Positions 53,124-64,000 of a DNA stretch of 64,000 nucleotides are shown in pieces (the first letter of the stretch is position 1; every line of letters starts with the position of its first letter). The notes below the pieces were generated by a model. It worked only from the letters and a program-made list of their open reading frames with translations, made no database searches and was not told the DNA's origin. Both the position numbers and the translations under genes were made by a program. This stretch comes from Schmidtea polychroa (Eukaryota), in contig CM097886.1 in NCBI GenBank assembly GCA_044892525.1, forward strand, positions 81,654,001 through 81,718,000. The letters are read 5' to 3'.

Positions 53124-54335
53124 CTAGGATATTTGTCTATTTCTGGACTTGGAACTTTAAAAGCAATTATTTTATACGGCGCTGCTGCAATCAAGAGATG
53201 TGTAATATATAAACAATTTTAAAATTGAAAGAAAATTAAAACAGAATTTATCAAATAATAAAAACTATATTTAAAAAATGGCATTAATTTTTAATTAGAG
53301 TTTTTACAGCAAATTATTCATCATTTTTTAAAATTTTTAAAATTAAAACAGCTTTTAATTAATTTGAATTATTCAATTCGAATTACAATATTTAGAATAA
53401 ATTTAAAAAGTTAAATTTTAAAAATAAATTAATTTTAGAATACTATTGGTACCGCGCCGACGCAAAAACTCTAGGAATTGGATGTTAGTCGTTGCTGAAT
53501 GCCTCGATGATTGTCAGGTACCAAACCTCGCTATGACCAAATTTGTTTCATATGACTCTGTTGCAATCAAGAGATACTGCCAAATGACGATCTGGTGGTT
53601 CAATGTGTTGTTCATAAGATGACATAAATCTATGTCGAGGAATGGCACCAGTAATCTCTGAAATCTCAGGATAATTAATTTGAAATAGCATGGATTGTTG
53701 AGTAGTTTCAGAATCTCTTTTTTTTGTGACGTTATAACCAGGACGACCAATTATGACAAACTTGTTATGCTCTAATTTTACTTTGTCCAGCAAAAGTGAA
53801 TGAGGTTCTAATAGCAAATTATAATTGATGTTTTAAATACAAGTTCAGGCAAAAACAGTAACTCTAATAATTTTGAAATACCACGGATTGTTATTTCAAA
53901 TTTCTCAGTTATTAATGATGTTTTAAATCCAATGAGTTCAGACAAAAACTGAACTGTAATATGATGTATTTTTTATCGTACCTTTGAAGCTTCAAAAAAG
54001 AGTGTATAGTTGCTTTTGAGTTGTTTGGGCTTTATTTCGTTGTTCCTCAATTTCTCTAAGTATATAGACATTTTTAACAGCAGTATTATCTGGCATGTAT
54101 GCAAATTGTAAATAAAACTGTTTAGAATGACGATTCCAATGAGTCCATAATCCTAGGATATTTGTCTATTTCTAGACTTGGAACTTTAAATGCAATTGTT
54201 TTATATGGCGCTGCTGCAATCAAGAGATGCTGCCAGAGGCGATCTGGTGGTTCAATGTGGTGTTCATAACCTGACATCAATCTATGTCGAGGAATGTCAC
54301 CAATACTCTCTGAATCCTCTGAATAATCCATATGA
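53124..54335 (-). pseudogene. SF3A2: Further SF3A2-derived fragments plus a copy of the SF3A2 5' flank (53202-53490)
   Basis: IGRPGY.VTKKRD, IPRHRFMS.YEQHIEPPDR remnants; 53202-53490 matches 39659-40012. Confidence 0.85.
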
Positions 54336-55554
54336 AATAGCACCGATTGTTATTTCAAATTTCTCAGTTATTATTGATGTTATAAATCCAAGGAGTTCAA
54401 ACAAAAACAGTAACTGTAATATGTTGTATTCTTTAGCGTACCTATGATTCTTCAAAAACGACTTGCAGATTGTTATCACTTTTATTTCAGTAATTCTATT
54501 TGTAAATAAATGATTGTGAATGTTAATGTTAATTCCGTTGATAGTTTGATTTTTATCATAGCATAATTCGTACATGTTTTTCACTTTATATTTTGGATAG
54601 CATCACTATCATTATCAGGTTATTCACGACGGATGAATATTTCTACAATATTGATAATTTACAAACAATTTATAAAATCTATATATTTTTAAATTATAAT
54701 AAATAAATTATAATAAAATAACTTTAAATAATTATATTTTAATAATTATTTTTAAATAATTATTTTTAAAAATAATTTTCATCAATCAAACAAATATTTT
54801 AAACTTTTAAAATTCTTTAAACAAAATATTTTTTAAAATATATTTTTAATTATTTAACACAACTATTATTCAATATACATTAACATACAAAAACTCAATT
54901 AAAAACATTTAGCACACAAGTATTCACTGCATTCTGCACACTGATTTTAGGATTAAAATTTAATATCAATAATGCTTCACATATCACACGCTCAAAACAA
55001 TTATTAAAATTTTTTGATAAGATTTAAAAAGTTTTTTTAAAATAGGATTTTAAAAGATTTTTATTAATAAATTCTTTACCGTGTTAATTTAATTTTTTAT
55101 TTAAAAATTTATACTTTGGCTGTTCCAATATTCAAAAGAATCATGAAGGCATTTAGTAGGTAGATATGGGCACACGACCGGATTTTGGTACCCCCTTTTA
55201 TTACTCAATAATTAATCAGAAGTTAACAAATATTTTCATTAATTATTTCCTTTTATTTCATTATTTTTATTTAATTAATTAATTATTATTATTTTATTAT
55301 TTTATTTTATTTATTTTAGTTTAAATTTAAATTATTATTTCTTATCTGTAATTGTTATTACTCTTTTTTACTAATTTACGCAAACTGAGACAAAAATGTT
55401 CAAAATATGAAAATATACTAGTCAAACTTATTATACATTTAATACTAAAAAAAATTAATAAAAACAAATTTTTTTAACAAAGATTTATTTAAATAACATC
55501 TCGTATGTCTTCAGCTAATTCTTTGAATTGCGAGAATGTTGGATCCGGATTGAA

Positions 55555-56230
55555 TTATTGAACAGCAAACGAGTCACCTCCCATATAATGTCCATATGCA
55601 TAACTTTTATTTTCCCCCACCCAAACCCTTTTATCATCTGCGCTAGTAAGAGATATTTTTTTATATTTTATTGTGTATATTTGATGATATTTTGTAGTTA
55701 TTTTCGTTTGTGGTATTGAAAAAATTTGTTTTGTATTGTAACAATCCAGGTATGACTGATTTTTTATGTCACTACCTTTCAATGTTTCTCCTTTTGCTTT
55801 TTTTGTCTCGTCATCACCTAACAAACTGTAACATTTAGTTCTCAGAAAAAACCAAAATATTTAAGACCTTTATTCTCGTCTTTGAACTTTTCAGTGAAAG
55901 GATCAAGGTTCCTATTGTAAAATGGGTGACTAGGATCGTAATTAGATGTGTCTAGTAAATTATCTCGGATCATGGCTGGTAAAAGAAAATCAAGCTTACA
56001 GTTTTCTACATCATGGAAAAATGAATCCGTATCACCTGCAACGATATTAATTTTACAGTTGAATTCGTTACCATATTTTTGTAACTCTTCATACTGCAGC
56101 TCATATATTCTAAGTTTCGATAGATCAAGTACAGTTTGGCCAATGTAGCTGGGTCTATCTAAACAACTAGCTTCCTTATTTAGCAAGACTGATACTAAGT
56201 CATTGTCAATTTCATAAGTCCCTTTAAACG
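55555..56230 (-). pseudogene. Protein-primed DNA polymerase B, C-terminal fragment (Maverick type)
   Basis: PSYIGQTVLDLSK, GDTDS, DTSNY..SHPFY, FKDE, DDKR...YGHY. Confidence 0.85.
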
Positions 56231-56550
56231 TTGGTTTAAATGTATATGTAATAAGTCAAGAAGTAGAATTACAATTACCCTTCCTTACCCCGGTTTCTAT
56301 CGAGACCCTCTCACTATAGTCAGAGAAAAACATTTTTCTATAAGAAAATTTTTTTTTCTATTGAAAATCCCAGAAAAATAAGTGTAGCTACTGCAACAAA
56401 TCGTAACAAAAAAGCAAAATAAATGAGTTGCAGCAATTATTTTTCTAGGGTGGAGGGGGTTAATTGTTGCACGGGGCTACTAATGAAAATTTTTCAATGA
56501 CAATTTTACATGAAAATTATGTTCTAAAGATTTCAATTAAGTAAATTAAG

Positions 56551-58258
56551 TGTTGGGCTGAAAACGAGAACTGAGAGTTTGTTTTAATCGATCGAAAATA
56601 CCTAACACAAAAACCGCAAATTTGAAAATAATCTATGATCAAGATTTAATATAAAATAAATAAAATAAGTTACATCACACATTAAGAATCAATAAACCCC
56701 GTATAATAGAATAAAGAGATAAATAAATTTAACAGAAAAATTCAACACTTAAAAATTCCAATAGGAAAATAATAAAATGTAAAATAGAATTATTTGAAAA
56801 TTATTTAAACGATATAAAAATTAAATCGTTAAAATAATAAAATTAGTTAACAGTATGTAAATTGTAAAGTTTATAGAATTAAATGGTTAGAATTATATAA
56901 CTTATTAAATTTAAAGAATAAAAGTGTTTAAATTAATAAAAATTAAAATAACTCAAATTATTTAAATTATAAAATTTATAAAATTAAATTATTAAAATTA
57001 ATAAAAAATTAAATAATTAATTAATTAAATTAATGAAATTAAAATTAAATAAATAATTACACACATTCATGCATGTGTGCAAAATCAATTCAAAATTTCT
57101 CGCACTCTGATTGGATAGAGTGACAGCGCATGCATGAATGCGCATTCAAAATCAGTATAAATACTGATCACAAATTCATTTGAAAAACTCTTTTTTCAAC
57201 ATCGCCACTTAATTTGCAGACAGTAAAGCTCTCAGTTTCGATTTTATGCCAACGTGGATGTGGTAATTTATTTGTTATTATTCTTGTAATTTTTACGAGT
57301 TGTTTTAATTAATAAATTTTATATGCAATTAATGTCTCAGTTAAATTTTCTTGTGGTGTCCTTTTTAATGGTTTAATTTCATTTAGGTTCAAGTTTTAAA
57401 TAATAGTTTTTATTGAGTCCAATTATATTATTTATTGGTTGTAAGCGATGGTCTGGGCTGGGGAAAAGTTTGTAGACGGGCGGCACTACGTGCTGTTGGT
57501 CGGCAGATATTTCGCCGGTTGAGTCCATCGGGGTAGGGAATATAGATAGGGATATGAACGGTCAGAGGGGGAAAAATCAATTTGCGATAGTTTAGGGCCC
57601 TATTTAGAGTTAGAAAGTATAGGACTTTTATTTTCATAGCTATTTCTGAGTTAGGAGAAATATTAGAATAGTTATGAACTGTTGTCGGTAGAGGAAGTAG
57701 GTTTTGGCAATTTTATAGAAGCCACGAATAGTTAAGATATTCGATCGTTCAGGATTAGGAATACAGGCAGATCCCTGCTCAAATTTTCATGAGAAGTGTG
57801 GAAATATGTTTATTAACTTTTGAATGAAGGCCAATCCCTGCTCAAATTTTTTGAAGGATAATTTGGATATTATAGGAGGTATAGAATAATAATCATTAGA
57901 TGAAAAATAAGGGCGGATCCCTGCGAAAAATTTTGTAAGAGAACAATAGGAAATATCCGTAATTGAGGACCACAAATGATCTAAAACCAGCATACATAGT
58001 GAATAATGACGTAAGACCTACTAACGGCAGTCTAGGGCCCGAAGAGAAAATACAATGGGGAGTAGTTTTAGCAATAGAGCTCACCTGCTCATTGTTTTTC
58101 GCCTTTGTGTACATTACCAACATGGTCGTCGCCATGGGTACACAAATGGTTAAAGTACAATAGTCATGGAGGTGCTTAGGAAAGAGTCGAGTGAATATAT
58201 GATTACCCCTAATGTATTAAAAAAAATTCAAAAATGACACACCCCTAAGTACCCAACA
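56551..58258 (+). mobile_element. Long solo-LTR-like element, copy 4 (1708 bp)
   Basis: TGTTGGG...CCCAACA with TAAG TSD (56547-56550, 58259-58262); inverted CCAAT (~57108) and TATAAA (~57156); homologous 3' structured module. Confidence 0.82.
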
Positions 58259-58873
58259 TAAGGTTCAAAAATTTTTCAATTCAGTAAATTAATGACTAAA
58301 TTTTAAATTAAAGTAAATTATGGTCTATATTTTTAAACTTAAGTAAATAAGGGATAAATAAGCAAATTAAACTCTAAAATTTTCAATTAAGTAAATTAAG
58401 GTCTAAATTTTAAATTGCAGTAATATTTTTAAATTAAGTAAATTAAAGTAAATTAAGGATAAATAGGTAAATTAAGGTCTAAAATTTTCAATTAAGTAAA
58501 TTAAGGTCTAAATTATGATTCAAATTTTTAAAATAAATCAAATTAATGGTCTAAAATTTTCAATTGAAGTAATCAAGGATCTAAAATTAAACTAAAGTAA
58601 ATTAAGGATAAATAATAATAGGTAAATTAAGGTCTAAAATTTTAAATTAGGTAATTTAAGGTCAAAATTTAAAAATTAAGTAAATTAAATTAAATTAAGG
58701 ATAAATAGGGAAATTAAGGTTAAGTTTTAAATTAAGTAATTAAGGTCTAAAATTTTAAATGAAAACTTTTATGAAATAATTTTCGATGGAAATTATGTAA
58801 ATTAAGAGAGAAACTTTTAAATTAAAGTAATCAAGAGTCTATATTTTAAACTTAAGAAAATATAGGGTTAAAT

Positions 58874-61461
58874 CAGTGTTTCCCAACCTTTTTTAGCTCA
58901 TGTCCCCCCTAGCTGAATTTTTTTTCTTTTGTCCCCCCTATGCAAAACATTTTACAGTTTTTAAAAAATTTCCAACTATTTTTATTGATATACGTAATTA
59001 ATAGATAAAGATTTATTTTTTTATTCAATGAGACAATTGACTCTGATGGTTACTGCAGAGTGATTTAATATTAGATTCGAAGTTGGTAAGTTTAAGCCTT
59101 AGATCTCCTCTTTCGATGATATCTAAACGATTTCTCTTCTTGATAAGTAAATCATTAATTACACTAAATCCACATTCAGATAAATAGGTAGTGGGAAATG
59201 GTAATAATAGTTTTCTTGCATAAGATGTTGACATTGGATATTTTTTATTCATCTCATCGCTAAGCCATGCCATTATCCCTTTCAAACCAAACAGATTTTT
59301 TATTGATTCATCGTTTTGAATCTCAGCGATTTCTTCTATATATTCGAAATTTTCGAATTCTGCCAAATCTATAAGCATCGGCTGTGTTATCCAATTTGGG
59401 AAGATAATTTCTTTTAAGTCTGAAAACCTCTCTTCTAAGTCTTCTATAAGTAATTTTAAATGGTCAAGAATCACTGACTTGGCTGATTCACTTACTTCAC
59501 ATTTCTGAAGCCAATTAAAACTTTCAAAGTTTTTCTTTGAGAGTGATTAATTACTTATTTTTAAAAGCGAAATAGAACTAAAAATGTTTGCTTTAACTTC
59601 AATAAGATTTCTGTTTTTCCCTTGAAGTTGCTTGTTGAGAGTATTAAACTTCTCAAAGATATCTGTTAAATAGCTCAAATAAGCCTTACCATCTTTCGTC
59701 ATTAAGAATTTCATCTCAATCTTGTCGGAAAGAAAGACACTAAGACTATCAAAAAGCTCCATGAATCTAGCCAAACAATTTCCTTTTGAAAGCCATCTTA
59801 CTTCAGTATGTAATAAAAGTCGAATATATTCTTCATTTTGTTCTTTACAGAATAACTTAAAAAGACGTTCATTCTTTGAATTGGCTTTAATGAAATTAAT
59901 ACATTTTATAACTGACTGTAAAACTTCATTTAACTTAGGAGAAATCTTCTTGGCTACCAAATTTTCTCTGTGAATGACACAATGAATAATCATCATTTCT
60001 GGATTTTCGTCTTTAAGTAATTTAAGGCAGCCATTTTTTTTACCCATCATGCTAGGAGCTCCATCTGAAGCACAGGAAGTAATATTACTTAGAGGTATAT
60101 TATTAATTGTAAGATAATCTTTTAGATGATTTAAAATATCTTTCGCAGTTGTTGTGCTTTCCAGCGATCTGCTGAATAAAAATTCTTCAAAAAATTCCTC
60201 TTTATCAATGTATCTTACGTAAGCAATTAATATCGATTCGTTGTCTCTAAAAGTTGATTCGTCCATTTGTAAAGAGAAATTTAAAGTTTTTAGTTTCTCA
60301 ACAAGTTGATTCTCCACATCTTTACTCATTTCATCAATTCTTCTACTGACAGTATTATTACTTAACGGCATTCCCTTAACATCCGCATCATCTTTACCCA
60401 TAACTATCCTAAGAAATGCAGAAATCGAAGGCTTGATCAGACTTTCTCCTACTGTATGATTTTTTCCAGATTTTGCAATCATCTTTGAAATTTCAAAACT
60501 AGCTTCAAGTGTACGATCACTTATAGAACTATGAAGGGTAAACAAAGATGTCAAAGTTGTTCTCTGTTCGAATTGTTTCTTTAAGGATTGAAAGAAAGCC
60601 AAATCAGATGTTTTATAAGAACTATGCTTGGCCAAAAAGTGTGCTTCGAGGCGACCTCGTTTCATTGATTCATTTGTAAGACATTGCTTACAAAGCAGAC
60701 ACAAAGGTAATCTTTCATCATAAGTTGCAGGTATAAAACCAAATTTCAAATATTCTAGTGAGTACTTACGAATTTTTTTTTGTCAAGCGCACTTTTTCTT
60801 GTTCTATCATTATAATTTTTTTCCTTCTTCATTTTTCTGTTACCCCTAAAAAAAAATTTATATTTTTTAAAAGACACAATGATCAAAAGTTTTTAAAATA
60901 TTCAAAAAAATAATGAAAATTTGAACATAACTAAACAATTAGGAAACTAAAATTTCTTACTATTATTTTAAATATAACATAACTAAACAATTAAGAAACT
61001 AAAATTTCTTACTATTATTTTTCATTATTTAAAAAACTTATGGATAAGATTTGAAGAAAAAATCAAAAAAAGTTGCCATAGTTTTTTTGCGGATGAAAAA
61101 TAAAGAATTGAATCTTTTAACACGATTTTACTCATTATCTATTGTTTTTATGCTTACCATACTATTTAATTATAAACAGAAGATAATGAAAAAGATGATC
61201 TTCTGCTTAGATAAAACCCAAAAATTTTCTTACTAAAAATATAATGAAAAGAATATTTTTTCGATCTATAATAAAAAGATATAAAACTAAATAAGAATTG
61301 GATATTAAAATTTCGTAGACTATTCTCAAATTTTACTGAAGAAAATAAAGAAAACGTAACTCAAACCTAAAATTAACACATATTCCCTAAAATTGAAATT
61401 TCCCCCCTGGAAATCGAAATTTCCCCCAAGTGGGGCGTGGGCCCCACGTTGGGAAACACTG
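58874..61461 (-). mobile_element. Complete Buster-type hAT DNA transposon (2588 bp)
   Basis: TIR CAGTGTTTCCCAAC / GTTGGGAAACACTG; perfect 8-bp TSD GGTTAAAT (central TA). Confidence 0.95.
59025..60810 (-). pseudogene. Buster/ZBED8-like hAT transposase, frameshifted
   Basis: BED finger CLLC...H, FSLQMDES, SDGAPSM, HCVIHRE, EVRWLS, PFPTTYLSE.GFS. Confidence 0.92.
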
Positions 61462-62279
61462 GGTTAAATTTTAAAAATTAAAGTAAATTAATGACTATAT
61501 TTGGTAAACAAGGGCTAAATTAAGTAAATACAGGGTTAAATTAAAGTAAATTAAGGATAAATAAGTAAATTATGGTCTAAAATTTTAAATTAAGTAATCA
61601 ATGGTATAGAATTAAATTAAAAATAAAATTTTTAAATTATATTAATATTTTTAAATTATTACTATAAATTATTAAGTAAATTAAAGTAAAAATTTTAAAA
61701 TTAAAGTAATAATTTATTGTCAGATATTTTGACAAACTATCAATCAATGAGAATTGACAATTTGAGATGCAAATTTTTATGAAATAATTTTCAATGACAA
61801 AATTAAATAGAATTTTTATGAAATAATAATAAAAGCTATATTTTTAAATAAAGTAATTAAAGGCTAAATTTGGTAAATTAAAGGCTAAAATTTTAAATTA
61901 AGGGATGCAATTTAAAATTAAGTAATCAATTTTGAAAGAAGATTAGAATTGATAGTAATAATTAAAGAAAATTATGGCTAAGTTAATTTGGTTTAAAGAA
62001 TAATTACATTTCCATTTAACACTACAGTGTTAATTCTTACCATTTTAGAATAATATTTTTTATCAAAATTTATTTAATTTTAATTGAATTTAATGACAAA
62101 TTCCAGCGAGTTATCTTCAATTTTAATGATTTAATTTGAAAGATTATTTAGGTAAATTTTGGTGTCTAAGGCATTCACTAGTAATTTTTTAGAGTTGATG
62201 GTTTTATGAAATATTTAACATTTTTGTTAAATTCATGTTGACTGAAAGAATATTTTAAAATTTAAGGTTTTAATGGTAA

Positions 62280-63100
62280 TTCATTTTTCATTTGAGTCCT
62301 TAAACATCTCGCAATTCGCAGATCTCCGAGATTATTTGTATCCTCTACCCATTTGTGTATTTCTTTATTAAACTTTGGGGGTAGCTTTTCGTCCCAATCA
62401 AGCCTTAACAACCACAACTTCTGAATAATCTTTTTCCCTATGATTATGAATGGGCCTAACAGTCCCAATGGATCAAAGATTCTTGCCACTATGCTCAATA
62501 CCTTTCTTTTCGATAAACATTCCTCATTCGGCAGATCTACTTGAAAACTAAATTCATCGTCTTCCGAGTATCATTTCAAACCTAGGGTCTTGACGGCCAT
62601 TGCCGTTTCTTTTACAATATTCAGTGTTTTAGCTCGTTCTTCAATTGGGATTGTCGCCATAATTCTTTCCGAGTTGGACAGCCATTTTCTAGGCCGCATT
62701 CCGGCATTGCCCCAAACTGTTTCTAGCCCCTCTTTCAGCCTCATTCCTTCTTCTTCAGAATCAACAGAGTCCATGGTGTCGTCCATATACGTAGACTTGC
62801 AAATAGATTCTGTCACTTTTGGGTAGTCCTTTTCAAATTTCTTTGCATTCTCTTGCGCGACTAGCTGGGCAAGGAATGGAGATGCATTAAGACCAAACAC
62901 TAACCGATTAAACTCATACTTAATAATTTTCCCCTCAGTTGACCATAAGAACCGATGATATTTCCTGTCTTCAAGAGCCATTCTTATTTGCAGATATATT
63001 TATGCTATATCACAAACAACAGCTACGGAAAATGTACGAAAACGTATTAAAATATCAAAAACTTCATTTTGTAATTTTGGACCAACTTCCACCATATCAT
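62280..63100 (-). pseudogene. Isolated Bel/Pao RT fragment of the element 2 family
   Basis: Near-identical to ~26270-27090, including YMDD; nonsense codon at 62571. Confidence 0.92.
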
Positions 63101-64000
63101 TAATTTTATTTATACTTTTAATTAACCTCCGCCATCTTTTTTTTGGTCGCCATGTTGGATTTCCTGTTTTTTCGGCATATTTTTATTTTTTTTATTTTGT
63201 TGATTTTTGTATTTTTTTTGCATTTCCAATTTATTATATTTGTTTAATTTACTTTTTTCTTATATATTGTATTTTATTCTCGTTTACTTAGTGTTTTCGC
63301 ATTCCTTTAAGTATGTTCTTGCGGTGCACGTGTATATGCCCTAGAACTCAACCTACTTTTCTTTATTTTTATGGGATCTAGCCCACCATAAGAATTAACC
63401 CAGAAAATGTCAGATACTAAAAGGTAAGTGAAGTACTTAGGTCATATTATACATAAAGGAGGCATTCAATCGTCCAAAGGCTAAAATATGTGAAGTTAAT
63501 GTAATCTATTCGGTATTTGCAATTACTATCGAAAATTCATTACCTCAAAAATACAGATATGGATAAACTATTTGAGAAGTCTTGATATAAAAAATGTAGT
63601 TTAGAAAATGTACATTGCATATGCTACCGAGGAAAACATGCCACACATATGTACAATGTCTTATGAATCACACTAACCCCAAAATTGGATGTAATAATTT
63701 AATATGAAATTAATAAATTTTCAGTAATAAGATTAGCTGAACTCGCAACACATTTGTTGAGAACCATTGTCCCACAGGCTAGTGTTAGAAAAATTGTAAT
63801 TTTACAAAGTAGTAGGTAGATGTGAGCCCCTTACGCCACCTTTAGTTACCTCGCACTGGTTAGCAACAGAGGCCCTTACCCCCCTTCCTTTTTTTCAAGG
63901 ACAAGTCGGATTATTGATTAAAAAGTGCAAATATTGATTTAAAATCGGGAGTTTGAGATTTTCAAAATATTATTTCGACTGAAATATAGAGGGTGACATC

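Larger units (their letters stand above)
58270..62150. repeat. Degenerate AT-rich satellite built on GTAAATTAAG, interrupted by the hAT element
   Basis: Many imperfect copies on both sides of the transposon. Confidence 0.7.

Noticed and set aside
57765-57935. CRISPR-like repeat-spacer array
   Set aside because: Only three imperfect short motifs with irregular spacing, a eukaryotic context and no cas genes.

Overview
Very AT-rich, repeat-dense eukaryotic scaffold, animal-like, with 41-51 nt spliceosomal introns and four N gaps. I found no CRISPR array, rRNA or tRNA gene. (1) Two Maverick/Polinton (adintovirus-like) elements lie in opposite orientation: copy A (1-~5045) and copy B (~10020-~36200). 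Together they carry ATPase, integrase, penton, hexon and adenain, plus a compact TBP-like gene, a spliced Bcl-2-like gene, two other mini-intron genes and a 4-intron poly-SIM gene. (2) A 16-kb Bel/Pao LTR-retrotransposon cluster (14925-30931) sits inside the integrase of copy B. Its two divergent families share one architecture: a ~0.95-kb LTR containing an unrelated cargo ORF after a shared start box, read in frame through the tRNAi-Met PBS and an AT-rich linker into ubiquitin fused to Gag. This is the best candidate for an undescribed system. (3) Four long solo-LTR-like elements (TGTTGGG...CCCA(A/C)CA, 4-bp TSD in two) carry small ORFs and end in a covarying four-domain RNA structure. (4) One intact host gene (SF3A2) with DNA-level tandem fragments. 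(5) A complete Buster-type hAT, a TA-flanked MITE, an orphan pPolB fragment, and Gypsy and Bel remnants. All calls come from reading the sequence; no database search or folding program was run, so novelty is unverified.
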